In this document: one piece after another, positions 39,972-50,056 of the stretch | Layout of the letters: every line of letters begins with the position of its first letter | How positions within the stretch are numbered: the stretch's first letter is position 1 | NCBI GenBank assembly: GCA_041744215.1 | Contig: JBGTLG010000039.1 | Coordinates: 64,001 to 128,000, forward strand | Direction of reading: 5' to 3' | Length of the DNA: 64,000 nt | From: Fimbriimonadales bacterium | GTDB lineage: Bacteria > Armatimonadota > Fimbriimonadia > Fimbriimonadales > ATM1 | The notes under the pieces: generated by a model | What the model saw: the letters and a program-made list of their open reading frames with translations, nothing else | Databases searched by the model: none | What the model was told of the DNA's origin: nothing | Translations under genes and position numbers: made by a program

Positions 39972-40632
39972 CCCGGCTAAAGCGAACGAGGTTGCCTGTC
40001 CGAAGAAACTCGATCCTCTCAGCAATCGCAACGACGTGATCGCTCGCATACTCGAGGTGATGACAAGCTTGGATAAGCTTGAACCCCGTATCCAGAAACT
40101 CTGGGTCCGTCCGAATGTGATCTTTCAGGCGACGCCTGATCTGCTTCCATATTGCATCGACTTCGGTATCCGCGGCGATGACAGAATCAAGCCGCTCCAA
40201 GTCGTCGCGCGTAAAGGCATCGAGCATGTTCATGAGCATCGAACGGGATTTCTCGCTCAGCTCTAGCAGATCCTGGCGATACTCCCGTGGAAATGCTTCA
40301 GGCAGAGAGATGGCCTTCTTCGCGATGCTGACTGCATCGTCGCCGATACGCTCCAACTCACCTGAGATCGACATAACGGCGGCGATCAGCCGAATGTCAT
40401 TTGCTACAGGTGAGTCGCGGGCAATAATCACCATGCATGTGGATTGGATTTCAAGTTCGAGCCGATCGAGCACGTCATCAGAATCGATAACCTCACGAGC
40501 CAAAGCTTCGTCCTGGTCAACCACCGCGGTCACTGCGTCGCCGAGCATACGTTCGGCGCGTGAACCCATCTCAACGATCATCGCCTTTAGGTCAGCGAGG
40601 TTGGCTTCAAAGGTTTTCCTGGATGTTTGCAT
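39961..40632 (-). CDS. phoU: Phosphate signalling protein PhoU
   Basis: PVANDIR, ELERIGD, LEYASDH repeats. Confidence 0.9.
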   Translation of the reverse strand: MQTSRKTFEANLADLKAMIVEMGSRAERMLGDAVTAVVDQDEALAREVIDSDDVLDRLELEIQSTCMVIIARDSPVANDIRLIAAVMSISGELERIGDDAVSIAKKAISLPEAFPREYRQDLLELSEKSRSMLMNMLDAFTRDDLERLDSVIAADTEVDAIWKQIRRRLKDHIRTDPEFLDTGFKLIQACHHLEYASDHVVAIAERIEFLRTGNLVRFSRATY

Positions 40633-40681
40633 GGTTTCCACGTCACTTAAGACGCAGGCCCAATGAATAAAGTGCCCGGGC

Positions 40682-41962
40682 CTAACTGGCCTGCCGTTCT
40701 TCGGCAGGAATGATTGTCGGTTCGAGCCCCTTTGACAGGATCTCGCCAGGAACAACCACGCGTTCGATGCGCTCGCTGCGACTAGGAACCTCGAACATCA
40801 CATCCATCATGATTCCTTCAATGATTCCTCGAAGCGCGCGGGCTCCGGTGCCACGTTTTAGCGCTTCGTGCGCGATCTCGTTGAGCGCGCCAGCTTCGAA
40901 CTCAAGTTCGACTCCGTCCATAGCAAACAGCTTTTGGAACTGCTTGATGAGAGAGTTTCGCGGCTCGGTAAGAATCCTGACAAGCGTCTCTTCATCGAGA
41001 GCCTCCAACGTTGCGACGACTGGCAGCCGTCCGATGAACTCTGGGATCAAACCAAAGCGCAAGAGATCTTCCGGCAAGACTTCGCGAAGAATATCCTTTT
41101 TACGATCCTTCTTCGATTGCGGCTTCGTACGGAATCCCATCTGGACATCGCGCTGACGCCGCATGATGATTTCATCCAGCCCTTCGAATGCACCACCGCA
41201 GATGAACAAAATATTGCTTGTATCAAGTTGAATGTATTCCTGGTGCGGATGCTTGCGCCCTCCGCCGGGCGGCACGTTTGCGACGGTACCTTCTAAAATC
41301 TTCAAAAGCGCCTGCTGCACGCCTTCACCGCTCACGTCCCGTGTGATGCTCGGATTATCCGACTTGCGAGCTATCTTATCAATCTCATCGACATAAATGA
41401 TGCCGCGCTGCGCTGCCTGCAAAGGATTGCTTCCAAACTCACCAGAATCGGCAGCCTGATACAGCTTAAGCAAGATGTTTTCCACATCTTCGCCAACATA
41501 TCCTGCCTCTGTCAAACTTGTCGCGTCCGCAATCGCAAACGGAACATTGAGGATTCTCGCAAGGGTCTGCGCCAACAGCGTTTTGCCGCTGCCCGTTGGC
41601 CCCACCAGCAAAATGTTGCTCTTTTGCAGGTCAACGTCATCTGTACGATGCGCAGAGTTAACGCGCTTGTAGTGATTGTAAACGGCAACGCTGAGGGCGC
41701 GCTTCGCCGCCTCTTGTCCCACAACATACTGTTCCAGATAGCCAACTATCTCTTTTGGAGTCGGGATCGCATTGGAACTGGGCTTCTCTGTCGCGCGGAC
41801 TACTGGCTCATCCGGTGCACCACCGCGCAGAATCTCTGTGCAGAGATCGATGCACTCTTGACACACTCCACCGTAAAGGCCCACGATCAGCCTCTTAACC
41901 TGCGCTTTCGGTTTCCCGCACAGCGCACATTTATCGCGAAGTTCCATTCCGGTTCTGCTCAT
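40682..41962 (-). CDS. clpX: ATP-dependent Clp protease ATPase ClpX
   Basis: C4 zinc finger, [38 protein letters not shown]. Confidence 0.97.
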   Translation of the reverse strand: MSRTGMELRDKCALCGKPKAQVKRLIVGLYGGVCQECIDLCTEILRGGAPDEPVVRATEKPSSNAIPTPKEIVGYLEQYVVGQEAAKRALSVAVYNHYKRVNSAHRTDDVDLQKSNILLVGPTGSGKTLLAQTLARILNVPFAIADATSLTEAGYVGEDVENILLKLYQAADSGEFGSNPLQAAQRGIIYVDEIDKIARKSDNPSITRDVSGEGVQQALLKILEGTVANVPPGGGRKHPHQEYIQLDTSNILFICGGAFEGLDEIIMRRQRDVQMGFRTKPQSKKDRKKDILREVLPEDLLRFGLIPEFIGRLPVVATLEALDEETLVRILTEPRNSLIKQFQKLFAMDGVELEFEAGALNEIAHEALKRGTGARALRGIIEGIMMDVMFEVPSRSERIERVVVPGEILSKGLEPTIIPAEERQAS

Positions 41963-41964
41963 GT

Positions 41965-42579
41965 CTACTTCGATTTCTCTGGTTTGTCTGACTTTTCTGA
42001 TCGTGGACTTGCCAAAACACTATCCACCAACCCGTACTCTTTTGCCTGCTCTGCGCTCATGAAGTAGTCGCGCTCGCAGTCTTGCGTTACTTTCTCGATC
42101 GGCTTGCCAGTGTGCTTCGCCAAGATCTTGTTTAAAGTCTGCTTGTACCGAAGAATCTCCTCTGCTTGTATCTGAATGTCCGTACCTGTGCCTTGGAAGC
42201 CTGCGCTTACCTGGTGAATCATCACCCTGGAATGCTCCAAACAAAAACGCTTCCCGGCAGTTCCGCCAGCCAGCAGCAGCGCACCCATGCTCGCCGCTTG
42301 ACCTACGCATGTCGTCGCAACATCGCAAGTGATGAACTGCATCGTGTCATAGATCGCCAGGCCGGAGCTCACAGACCCACCTGGCGAGTTTATGTACAGC
42401 TCGACGTCCTTATCGGGATCTTCTTTCCAGAGATACAAGATCTGTGCCACGATCAGGTTCGCGTAGTAATCGTCGACGGGCGTACCCAAAAAAACGATTC
42501 GGTCCTTCAAGAGCCTCGAAAAGAGATCGTACGACCTCTCGCCGCGCGCCGTTTGTTCGATTACCCAAGGTACTCCCAT
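41965..42579 (-). CDS. clpP: Clp protease proteolytic subunit
   Basis: YINSPGG, AASMG, MIHQ, ERD. Confidence 0.97.
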   Translation of the reverse strand: MGVPWVIEQTARGERSYDLFSRLLKDRIVFLGTPVDDYYANLIVAQILYLWKEDPDKDVELYINSPGGSVSSGLAIYDTMQFITCDVATTCVGQAASMGALLLAGGTAGKRFCLEHSRVMIHQVSAGFQGTGTDIQIQAEEILRYKQTLNKILAKHTGKPIEKVTQDCERDYFMSAEQAKEYGLVDSVLASPRSEKSDKPEKSK

Positions 42580-42651
42580 TCACACTTCCTTTATTTGACC
42601 GTCAGAGGCAAGTCTATTATCGGCGGGACATGCCCGCTTCTTTCGGGCTGG

Positions 42652-43956
42652 CTACCCCGCACTTTCCTCCATTTTGACCTTAGCCTTTGTTACCAGGTAC
42701 TCCAGAACCTTCTTTCTCATCGCCCCGAAGTGGAGTTCGTCCACCCGGCCGGCCCGGCGAATCGCTGTCCACGCATCTTCGGGGGACATTCGCTCATGGC
42801 GGGCGATCTCCGTAACCTGGTCCATGATGTCCGCCTTGTCAAGCTTCATTTCGAGCTTGGAAAAGATCTCTGTCATGAGTAGGGCGCGCTTCACCTCCAG
42901 GGTCGCCTCGGAGTGGATTTGCTGCCCCATTTGCTCGACCGTCATGTTGTTCTGCTGGGCGACATCCTCAAGGGTCATCGAGGCATCCACAGCCTCCTTT
43001 GCCAGGCCTTGAAGCCTCTGCTCTGCCACACCTTCGATCATCGTGTCTGGCGCGTGGATCGTCGAGGACTTTACCAGGGCGTCAAGAATCTGTTCATGGA
43101 CGAGGCTCTCCGCCCACCGCTCCTTTGCCCGCTCGATGCCCTCCCGAACGCGGGCGGTGAGTTCGTCAACGGATTCTGTGTTGAACTGTTGCGCGAACTC
43201 GTCAGTGAGGTCGGGGAGTTCTGGCGCGGACAAGGATCTGAGCCTGATCTGGCAACTGAGAAGCTTGCCCGACCAGTCCTTCTCCTGAAAATTCTCGGGG
43301 AACTGGAGGTCGGCGTGCTTGATCGCGTCGAGATCCATACCTGTGAGGATCTGGTCCAGCTGAGGGAAGGTCTGGCCGACGACCGCCATGAATGTGCGAC
43401 CATCGCCCTCCTCTTCGTCGACTTTGATATTGACGACCGCGAAGTCCCCTTCTCTTGCGCCTCGGGAATCAACGGCTTTTCGCGTCGCCTGGCCCTGGCG
43501 GAGTTCAGTTAGCTGGCGCTCTACCTCTTCGTCTGAGACCTCTGCGCTTGGCTTCGTAACCTCGATCCCTTCGATTGGGCCTAGCTCAACCTGCGGGGGT
43601 AGCGGTACCTTTGCCGTGAACTCGATTTCGCCTCCCTCACCCTCGAACTTCGTGATCTCGATCTTGGGTGCCGAGTGCGGCTGGAGGTTTTGTTCTTTGA
43701 CTGCCTCGGTGTAGGCGGTCTTCACAATCTCTTCGGCTGCGACTTCGTTCAGCCAGGCCGGGTCCACATACTGCTTCACGAGGTGAAGGGGAGCGGTGCC
43801 CGGGCGAAAGCCGGGAACCTTGATCTTCTTGGAAGCCTTCCTATAGGCTCGACCGAATCCGGCTCCGACCTGTGCCGATGAACATTGCACCTTGAGGAGA
43901 ATGGTGCACGGATTGAGGTCTTCGCGGACGATTTGCATGGAGGTTGAGGTCGACAT
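42652..43956 (-). CDS. tig: Trigger factor
   Basis: VPGFRPG ribosome-binding motif, FKBP-like centre; upstream of clpP-clpX. Confidence 0.93.
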   Translation of the reverse strand: MSTSTSMQIVREDLNPCTILLKVQCSSAQVGAGFGRAYRKASKKIKVPGFRPGTAPLHLVKQYVDPAWLNEVAAEEIVKTAYTEAVKEQNLQPHSAPKIEITKFEGEGGEIEFTAKVPLPPQVELGPIEGIEVTKPSAEVSDEEVERQLTELRQGQATRKAVDSRGAREGDFAVVNIKVDEEEGDGRTFMAVVGQTFPQLDQILTGMDLDAIKHADLQFPENFQEKDWSGKLLSCQIRLRSLSAPELPDLTDEFAQQFNTESVDELTARVREGIERAKERWAESLVHEQILDALVKSSTIHAPDTMIEGVAEQRLQGLAKEAVDASMTLEDVAQQNNMTVEQMGQQIHSEATLEVKRALLMTEIFSKLEMKLDKADIMDQVTEIARHERMSPEDAWTAIRRAGRVDELHFGAMRKKVLEYLVTKAKVKMEESAG

Positions 43957-44136
43957 GTGGAGAACGAGAAGGATACCTCTTGGGTACTTGGTGAGAGGGA
44001 GTGGAGCCTCGGGGGCGGCGTCCTCTTGCAGTTTGCCGTTACATGCCGAACTCAAACAAGGAGTCGGGCGAGGCTTCGGCGACTGATGGGGCTCAGGCCG
44101 AAGACTGTCAGACTAACAGCGTTCGATCAGCCAGAT

Positions 44137-44805
44137 TCACATCTTTTCAATCAGGATTGTGAAAACAGTGTCGTCTGCCCAGTCGTGGGAAAGGTGGGGA
44201 TCGAGCGCGAAGTCAACGCTCGCGCCAGCAATGACTGTCGTGATCACCTCGAACGTTAGGCCAATGGTATCTGTCCCCTCAATGAACGCGAACCAAACTT
44301 CGTTTGAACCGACAAACATTCTGGCCACAACACCGTTGCTGAGCGGACTTCCGTTTGCCTTTCGTAGAACTCCCGTTATCCTGACCAGACCAGTCGTCTC
44401 CGCGATCCACCTTCGGACAGCCCAGATTTCTTTCGGATGCGCGCTCCCTGACGTTGTGGTTCCGTTTGAATGAATGTTCGCGGCCTGCAGCAGAGCGTAA
44501 GACGAAGCTTCGTCAAACCACCAGGTACCGGCTGAGAACTGTGGCATGAGCTGAAAGTGTCCCGGGCTGAACGGTCCAGGATAAAAGCCATACTGCCAAT
44601 TGAGGTGACCTTGTACTGAAGAGAATTCCGCCACGGAGTTGGCGATCAGGGTTGGGCTACGCGAATTGCTCGGCGGGCAACCTGAGAGTGTGAGCCCCGC
44701 CAAGCACAACCCAAAGGGCGCCGCAATGCGACGCGTTATCGTCCTCCAATTCGCATGCCCAGCCCCATAACGGTCGGTCCCCTTCAAAGTGTGCGGCGAG
44801 TCCAA
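44137..44805 (-). CDS. Lipoprotein with an uncharacterised beta-rich domain, paralogous to the C-terminus of the upstream regulator
   Basis: GGAGGT RBS 9 nt before TTG; TRR and LSGC lipobox; FSSVQGHLNWQYG, AVRRW, SNGV, DFALDP. Confidence 0.8.
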   Translation of the reverse strand: MDSPHTLKGTDRYGAGHANWRTITRRIAAPFGLCLAGLTLSGCPPSNSRSPTLIANSVAEFSSVQGHLNWQYGFYPGPFSPGHFQLMPQFSAGTWWFDEASSYALLQAANIHSNGTTTSGSAHPKEIWAVRRWIAETTGLVRITGVLRKANGSPLSNGVVARMFVGSNEVWFAFIEGTDTIGLTFEVITTVIAGASVDFALDPHLSHDWADDTVFTILIEKM

Positions 44806-44832
44806 CTATCAAGCACCTCCGATGTTCCGCAT

Positions 44833-44862
44833 ACTGTAAAGCAAGCGGCAGGAGATTTACAA
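44833..44862 (-). promoter_or_regulatory. Putative sigma70 promoter for the lipoprotein gene
   Basis: TTGTAA-N18-TACAGT on minus strand. Confidence 0.45.
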
Positions 44863-44905
44863 GTCGTGTTTTTTCGTACGTAACCGAGTTGAAGGCGCCG
44901 TCTGC

Positions 44906-45784
44906 TCAGCGGAGAATGCGGAACCGAGTAATTGTAGCGTCGGCGCCGTCATCAGAGAAGAGCGGATCCAGCGCGAAGTCGATCGGATCGCCCTTCTTAA
45001 CTTCCAGGCGGAGGCTGTGGCTGATTCCAATTCCGTCGACGCCGCTTATCTTGTGACGCCAGATTTCTGCGCCTCGATGGTAGACGAGCAATCCAACACC
45101 GTTGCTGGACGCGCTGAAGTTGTCCTTGCGGAATTCAAGTTGGACGATAAGAGTACCGGATACCGGGGAGACCCACCTTCGAACAGGCCATTGTTCGACT
45201 TGCAAAGTGAGCCCGGTGGTCTTTCTCCCGTTCGGATGCGCACCATCCGCCCAGAGTCTCGTGTAGAAGGTTTCGCGGTGCACCATCCACCCACCTGGAC
45301 CGAAGTCAGACATCAGTCTGAATTCGCCGGGCAGATTGGGTTCGGAGAAGTAACCGTAGAACCAGTTGCGATAGCCCTGTTCTGATCCGAAGTCGGCGGC
45401 AGAATCTGCGAGAAGCTTGGGCTTGCTGTAGATTGCTCCGGCGAGTGCGAGCACGCCTATCGCCCCGGCGAGAGTGGTTGCAATCACCATAAACGTGCGG
45501 CGTGGTCGAGGAGTCGACTCGCGTGCTTTTCCGTTCACGAAGTCGGCATCGACAGTTGCGGATCCGACTGCTTCCCGGGCGTATCGCGCGATTGCAGCCG
45601 CCGAAGTTTCGACTCTCATCTTTGCGCGGATACGCGCCAGGTGTGATTCTACAGTCCGCGAAGAGACCCCGAGTTGCGTAGCAACGCCTTTCGCATGGCC
45701 GACCTCTTGATAGTGCTCAAGGACCTCGGCCTCCCTCTCGGTCAGCCCCCACGGATTGTTTGACTCGTTTGGCCGCCGTCCCAT
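44906..45784 (-). CDS. Transmembrane LuxR-family regulator (HTH, TM, exported domain)
   Basis: LTEREAEVL...VATQLGVSSRTVESHLARIRAKM; TM FMVIATTLAGAIGVLALAGAIY; upstream TATAAT and GAGG. Confidence 0.87.
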   Translation of the reverse strand: MGRRPNESNNPWGLTEREAEVLEHYQEVGHAKGVATQLGVSSRTVESHLARIRAKMRVETSAAAIARYAREAVGSATVDADFVNGKARESTPRPRRTFMVIATTLAGAIGVLALAGAIYSKPKLLADSAADFGSEQGYRNWFYGYFSEPNLPGEFRLMSDFGPGGWMVHRETFYTRLWADGAHPNGRKTTGLTLQVEQWPVRRWVSPVSGTLIVQLEFRKDNFSASSNGVGLLVYHRGAEIWRHKISGVDGIGISHSLRLEVKKGDPIDFALDPLFSDDGADATITRFRILR

Positions 45785-45897
45785 CTCTGTCCTCAAATCG
45801 TGCTGCGCTCAGCGTCGTTCGACTGGATTATACCGACGGATAGACTGAGGGACGAAGTTCGCTCCCGTAGGACGGCTGAAGAAGATGGGCCTCAACG

Positions 45898-45923
45898 AAA
45901 AGTGCCCCGGCAAGCCAGGGCAC
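45898..45923 (-). terminator. Intrinsic terminator after tRNA-Gly
   Basis: GTGCCCTGG-CTTG-CCGGGGCAC-TTTT on minus strand. Confidence 0.7.
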
Positions 45924-45932
45924 CTTCAAACA

Positions 45933-46007
45933 TGGAGCGGGAAACGAGATTCGAACTCGCGACCCTCTCGTTGGCAACGAGATGCTCTACCACTGAGCTA
46001 TTCCCGC
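45933..46007 (-). tRNA. tRNA-Gly(GCC)
   Basis: GCGGGAATAGCTCAGTGGTAGAGC...TTGCCAA...GTTCGAATC...CCCGCTCCA cloverleaf with CCA. Confidence 0.97.
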
Positions 46008-46064
46008 GGTCGAAGCACCATTAAGGCTTATGGGGCGCTTCAGAGTCAAGGGGGATCAACTGCG

Positions 46065-46934
46065 TCAAGTTTTCAGCGCCTCAGCGCCTCCAACGATTTC
46101 AAGGATTTCTTTCGTGATCGCAGCTTGGCGGCTCCGGTTTGCTTGCAGGGTGAGCGTGCTGATCATGTCGCCCGCGCTGTCGGTGGCGCTGGTCATCGCT
46201 GTCATGCGCGCGCCGTGTTCGCTCGCCGTCGATTCAAGAAGACCTTGCTGCGTGACAGTGAGCGCGTATCTCGGGAGGAGCTGCCCGAGCAATTCGGTGG
46301 CACCAGGCTCGAATGAGTACGTCTTCGTCGAGGCTTTGCTTGGTCCAGCATCTTCGCGTTGCGGCGGCTGGATAGGCAAAAGCTGAACTGCTTCGGGCAC
46401 TTGCCTAATCGCTGAGAAGAATTTGCTATAGATCAGGTAGATCGCATCGAGTGCTTCGCTCTGGAACATCTCCTCCGCGTGTGAGAAGATCTCTTGCGCG
46501 TGGCGGTGTGTTGGGCCTGATGTCGGGATCGAGAAATGTTCTCCCATGTTGTAGCCACGCTTGCTAAAGAACTGCTCTGCCTTTTTACCGACGCTGACGA
46601 CCGTCGCATCACCGGGTGTGTTTTTGATGAACTCAACAGCGCGGCGCAGTAGGTTGCTATTGAACGAACCGCAGAGTCCACGGTCGGCTGTGATCACGAT
46701 GACGCCGTACTTTTCGATCGGGCGTCTTGCTAAGAGCGGATGCTCTGGCATATCGCCTGCCTCTGCGAGGCTCGCGATCAATTCGCGCATTTTGTCGGAG
46801 TAGGGTCGCGCTTCGAGTACGCGGTCTTGCGCGCGTCTGAGCCTCGCAGCAGCGACGAGCTTCATTGCGCGCGTTATCTGGCGAATGCTCTTCGCGCTTT
46901 TGATACGTTGTTGGAGGTTCTTTATACTCGGCAT
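46065..46934 (-). CDS. atpG: ATP synthase gamma subunit
   Basis: ITRAMKLVAA, DRGLCGSFN, SEHGARMTAM, RQAAITKEILEI. Confidence 0.97.
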   Translation of the reverse strand: MPSIKNLQQRIKSAKSIRQITRAMKLVAAARLRRAQDRVLEARPYSDKMRELIASLAEAGDMPEHPLLARRPIEKYGVIVITADRGLCGSFNSNLLRRAVEFIKNTPGDATVVSVGKKAEQFFSKRGYNMGEHFSIPTSGPTHRHAQEIFSHAEEMFQSEALDAIYLIYSKFFSAIRQVPEAVQLLPIQPPQREDAGPSKASTKTYSFEPGATELLGQLLPRYALTVTQQGLLESTASEHGARMTAMTSATDSAGDMISTLTLQANRSRQAAITKEILEIVGGAEALKT

Positions 46935-46953
46935 TTAGGGTTCGATTATCGAG

Positions 46954-48513
46954 TTATGCTGTGACGTGTTCCGCCGCCGCAGCCTTTTGCTCAAGGAACT
47001 GTTGCTGGAACTCGCCGATCGCTTTTCTGGCGGACTCTTCGGTTTCGGTCGACCAGGCTTTGGTGCTGCGGACTCTCTCGATAAGGTCTGGATACATTTC
47101 GTGGAGATACTTCAGGAGACCCTTTTCGAATGCCTTGATGTCGGGAATATCAATCTGATCGAGGAAGCCTCCGGTTCCCGCAAACACTGAGAAGATCTGG
47201 TCTATGACGTCGTACGGCGTGTAAATGTCCTGCTTCAGCAGTTCTGTGAGTCGTTGTCCTCGAGCAAGCTGTTGCTGTGTCGCTTTGTCGAGGTCGCTCG
47301 CGAATTGTGCGAATGCCGCGACTTCGCGATACTGTGCCATTTCGAGTTTAAGTTTTCCAGCGACCGCTTTCATCGCTTTGATTTGGGCATTTCCGCCGAC
47401 GCGGCTGACTGATATGCCGACGTTGATCGCGGGTCGGACACCTGCGAAGAAGAGGTCTGGCTCGAGATAGATTTGCCCGTCGGTAATGGAGATCACGTTC
47501 GTCGGGATGTATGCAGAGACATCGCCTGCCTGCGTTTCGATGATTGGGAGCGCAGTGAGCGACCCTGCGCCATTCTCATCGCTCATTTTTGCAGCACGCT
47601 CAAGGAGGCGGCTGTGCAGATAGAAGACGTCGCCTGGGTACGCTTCGCGCCCTGGCGGCCGCCTTAGGAGAAGCGAAACGGTCCTGTATGCCTGGGCGTG
47701 CTTTGAGAGATCGTCGTAGATAGCAAGCGCGTGCATTCCGTTGTCGCGGAAGTACTCTCCCATCGTTGCACCAGCAAATGGTGCGAGGTATTGGAGCGCG
47801 TTCGATTCGGACGCGGATGCGACGACGACGATGGTGTATTCCATCGCGCCTTCCTTTTCTAGTGTCTCAACGACCCGACGGACGGACCCCATGCGCTGAC
47901 CAATTGCGACGTAGATGCAGTAAACGGGTGAGCCGCCTGGCTCATGGGTGGACTTTTGGTTAATGATTGTGTCGATACAAATCGCGGTCTTCCCAGTTTG
48001 CCGGTCACCGATAATGAGTTCACGCTGCCCCCTTCCGATTGGGATCATTGCGTCAATGGCTTTGATTCCCGTTTGTAGAGGTTCTGTAACGGGTTGTCTT
48101 GCAACGACACCCGGGGCTAGCCTTTCGATGCGCGACATCTCTTCGCTCGGAATCGGACCTTTCTCGTCAAGCGGTTGTCCGAGCGGATTGACGACGCGGC
48201 CAAGAAGTCCCTTACCAACCGGAATCGATATGATTCGTCCAGTTTCACGGACGGGGTCGCCCTCCTTGATGTTTTCGTCAGAACCGAGGAGTACCGCGCC
48301 AATCGTGTTTTCTTCGAGATTGAGCGCGAGTCCCATGACTCCTCCGGGAAACTCAAGGAGTTCGCCCATCTGCGCGTCTGGCAGACCATGAACGCGCGCT
48401 ATGCCATCGCCGACTTGGAGGACGGTCCCCATGTGTTCGGTTTTAGTGCCGGCGTCGAACGACTCTAGCTCTTTTGTTAGGATGCTTGTGATTTCTTCTG
48501 GGCGGATGGCCAT
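46954..48513 (-). CDS. atpA: ATP synthase alpha subunit
   Basis: [27 protein letters not shown]. Confidence 0.98.
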   Translation of the reverse strand: MAIRPEEITSILTKELESFDAGTKTEHMGTVLQVGDGIARVHGLPDAQMGELLEFPGGVMGLALNLEENTIGAVLLGSDENIKEGDPVRETGRIISIPVGKGLLGRVVNPLGQPLDEKGPIPSEEMSRIERLAPGVVARQPVTEPLQTGIKAIDAMIPIGRGQRELIIGDRQTGKTAICIDTIINQKSTHEPGGSPVYCIYVAIGQRMGSVRRVVETLEKEGAMEYTIVVVASASESNALQYLAPFAGATMGEYFRDNGMHALAIYDDLSKHAQAYRTVSLLLRRPPGREAYPGDVFYLHSRLLERAAKMSDENGAGSLTALPIIETQAGDVSAYIPTNVISITDGQIYLEPDLFFAGVRPAINVGISVSRVGGNAQIKAMKAVAGKLKLEMAQYREVAAFAQFASDLDKATQQQLARGQRLTELLKQDIYTPYDVIDQIFSVFAGTGGFLDQIDIPDIKAFEKGLLKYLHEMYPDLIERVRSTKAWSTETEESARKAIGEFQQQFLEQKAAAAEHVTA

Positions 48514-48532
48514 GGTTGTTGGATTCTCCAGT

Positions 48533-49084
48533 TTATGCTTGCTTCAGGACGTCGATGTAGAGTCGTTCGCGAAGTCTTCTGAGGGCGCCGCTGACGCTTC
48601 CATCGAGGACGTTATCGGCGTACCTCGCGGTAACTCCACCAATCTTGGATGGATCGACGTCGAGGTCGTAGACGACCCGTTTCTCGGTCTCGGACTCAAT
48701 CTTTTTGACAATGCGGTCGATCTGGTCTTGCGAGAGCTGTGTCGCCGAAGAGATTTGGACATGGATGATCCCCTCGGCTTCCTCTCGCAGTCTCACGAAG
48801 TCTTTCGCGATGAGCGCGAAGTCGTCTTCTCGGTTCTTCTCGACAAGAAGTCGAAGCAGGCGGACGGTTAGTGGCCTTGCTCGATCAGAGAAGATGCGAT
48901 TGATCAGCTCGAGCTTCTTCTCGCGCGTTACCTTTGGGCTTTCGAGCAGTTGCTTGAACTCGGGCTTAGCAGCAAGGATGGCGACAATCGCATCGAGGTC
49001 CTCTTCGACCTCTTTGACAACGCCACCGTTTTGTGCTGCTGCCAGCAAAGCTCTCGCGTAGCGAACCGCGGCCCTTGCGTCCAT
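48533..49084 (-). CDS. atpH: ATP synthase delta subunit
   Basis: [17 protein letters not shown]; operon position. Confidence 0.92.
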   Translation of the reverse strand: MDARAAVRYARALLAAAQNGGVVKEVEEDLDAIVAILAAKPEFKQLLESPKVTREKKLELINRIFSDRARPLTVRLLRLLVEKNREDDFALIAKDFVRLREEAEGIIHVQISSATQLSQDQIDRIVKKIESETEKRVVYDLDVDPSKIGGVTARYADNVLDGSVSGALRRLRERLYIDVLKQA

Positions 49085-49085
49085 G

Positions 49086-49727
49086 CTACTTGCCCACCTC
49101 AACTGTGTCGATGAACTTTTCGACAAGCTGGCGCTGTCGGTCCGGATCCATACTTTCCCCGATGAGTTTCTCGGTGGCGGTTAGTGTCATCTCGACGACT
49201 TGCGTTCGCATTTCGACGAGGGCTTTTGCTCTTTCGCGCTCAATGCTATCTTCAGCCTTTCGGCGTATGTCCTCCGCTTGCGTCCTCGCCTCAGCGATGA
49301 TTTGATTTTTCATCTGCTGGGCTTCTGCGAGCGCCTTCTGAATCTCGTCCCTGGAATCCGCTTCTGATTTCGCGAGCTTCTCCTCATATGCAGTTTTGAG
49401 GTCAGTCATTCTCGCTTTCAGGTCTTCAGCTTCCGCAAACGTCTCTTCTAGGTTGTGGTTCCTCGTATCTATCGCCTCCGTGAGCGGCTTCAGATAGAAG
49501 AAGTCCATGAGCTTGAAGAGGATGAAGAAGACGCCGATCGTTGCGATCGTCTTCCCGAGGTCGAGCGGGATTCCCTGCTCTGCCAGCGTATGCTGGAACG
49601 GGATGTCAACGTTCTTTGAGACGTACGCGCCGCCTACCATCAGAGCTGCGCCGACCACCAACATGGCGATCGTTGATCCGGCTGAGCCTTTCTTGTTCTG
49701 ATTTTCCATTTGCTCTCGCTTTGACAT
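49086..49727 (-). CDS. atpF: ATP synthase b subunit with N-terminal extension
   Basis: TM ending FFYLKPL...R, long coiled coil; operon position. Confidence 0.9.
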   Translation of the reverse strand: MSKREQMENQNKKGSAGSTIAMLVVGAALMVGGAYVSKNVDIPFQHTLAEQGIPLDLGKTIATIGVFFILFKLMDFFYLKPLTEAIDTRNHNLEETFAEAEDLKARMTDLKTAYEEKLAKSEADSRDEIQKALAEAQQMKNQIIAEARTQAEDIRRKAEDSIERERAKALVEMRTQVVEMTLTATEKLIGESMDPDRQRQLVEKFIDTVEVGK

Positions 49728-49732
49728 TGACG

Positions 49733-49768
49733 AAAAAGCCTCTGCGCGCGAACGCGCATACCGAGGCC
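49733..49768 (-). terminator. Terminator-like hairpin between atpE and atpF
   Basis: GGCCTC-ggta-TGCGCG-TTCG-CGCGCA-GAGGCT-TTTT on minus strand. Confidence 0.55.
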
Positions 49769-49785
49769 TTGCCAGCCGATAGGTT

Positions 49786-49998
<213 letters not shown>

Positions 49999-50056
49999 TT
50001 AGTGTCCTCCTAGGGGTGTCATTCCGATTCGATAGCAAACCGGGAATTCGTCGATG

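Noticed and set aside
43957-44136. Possible att duplicate of the tRNA-Gly 3' end
   Set aside because: Only 6-7 nt matches (TGGAGC, CGAACTC), expected by chance; no integrase.
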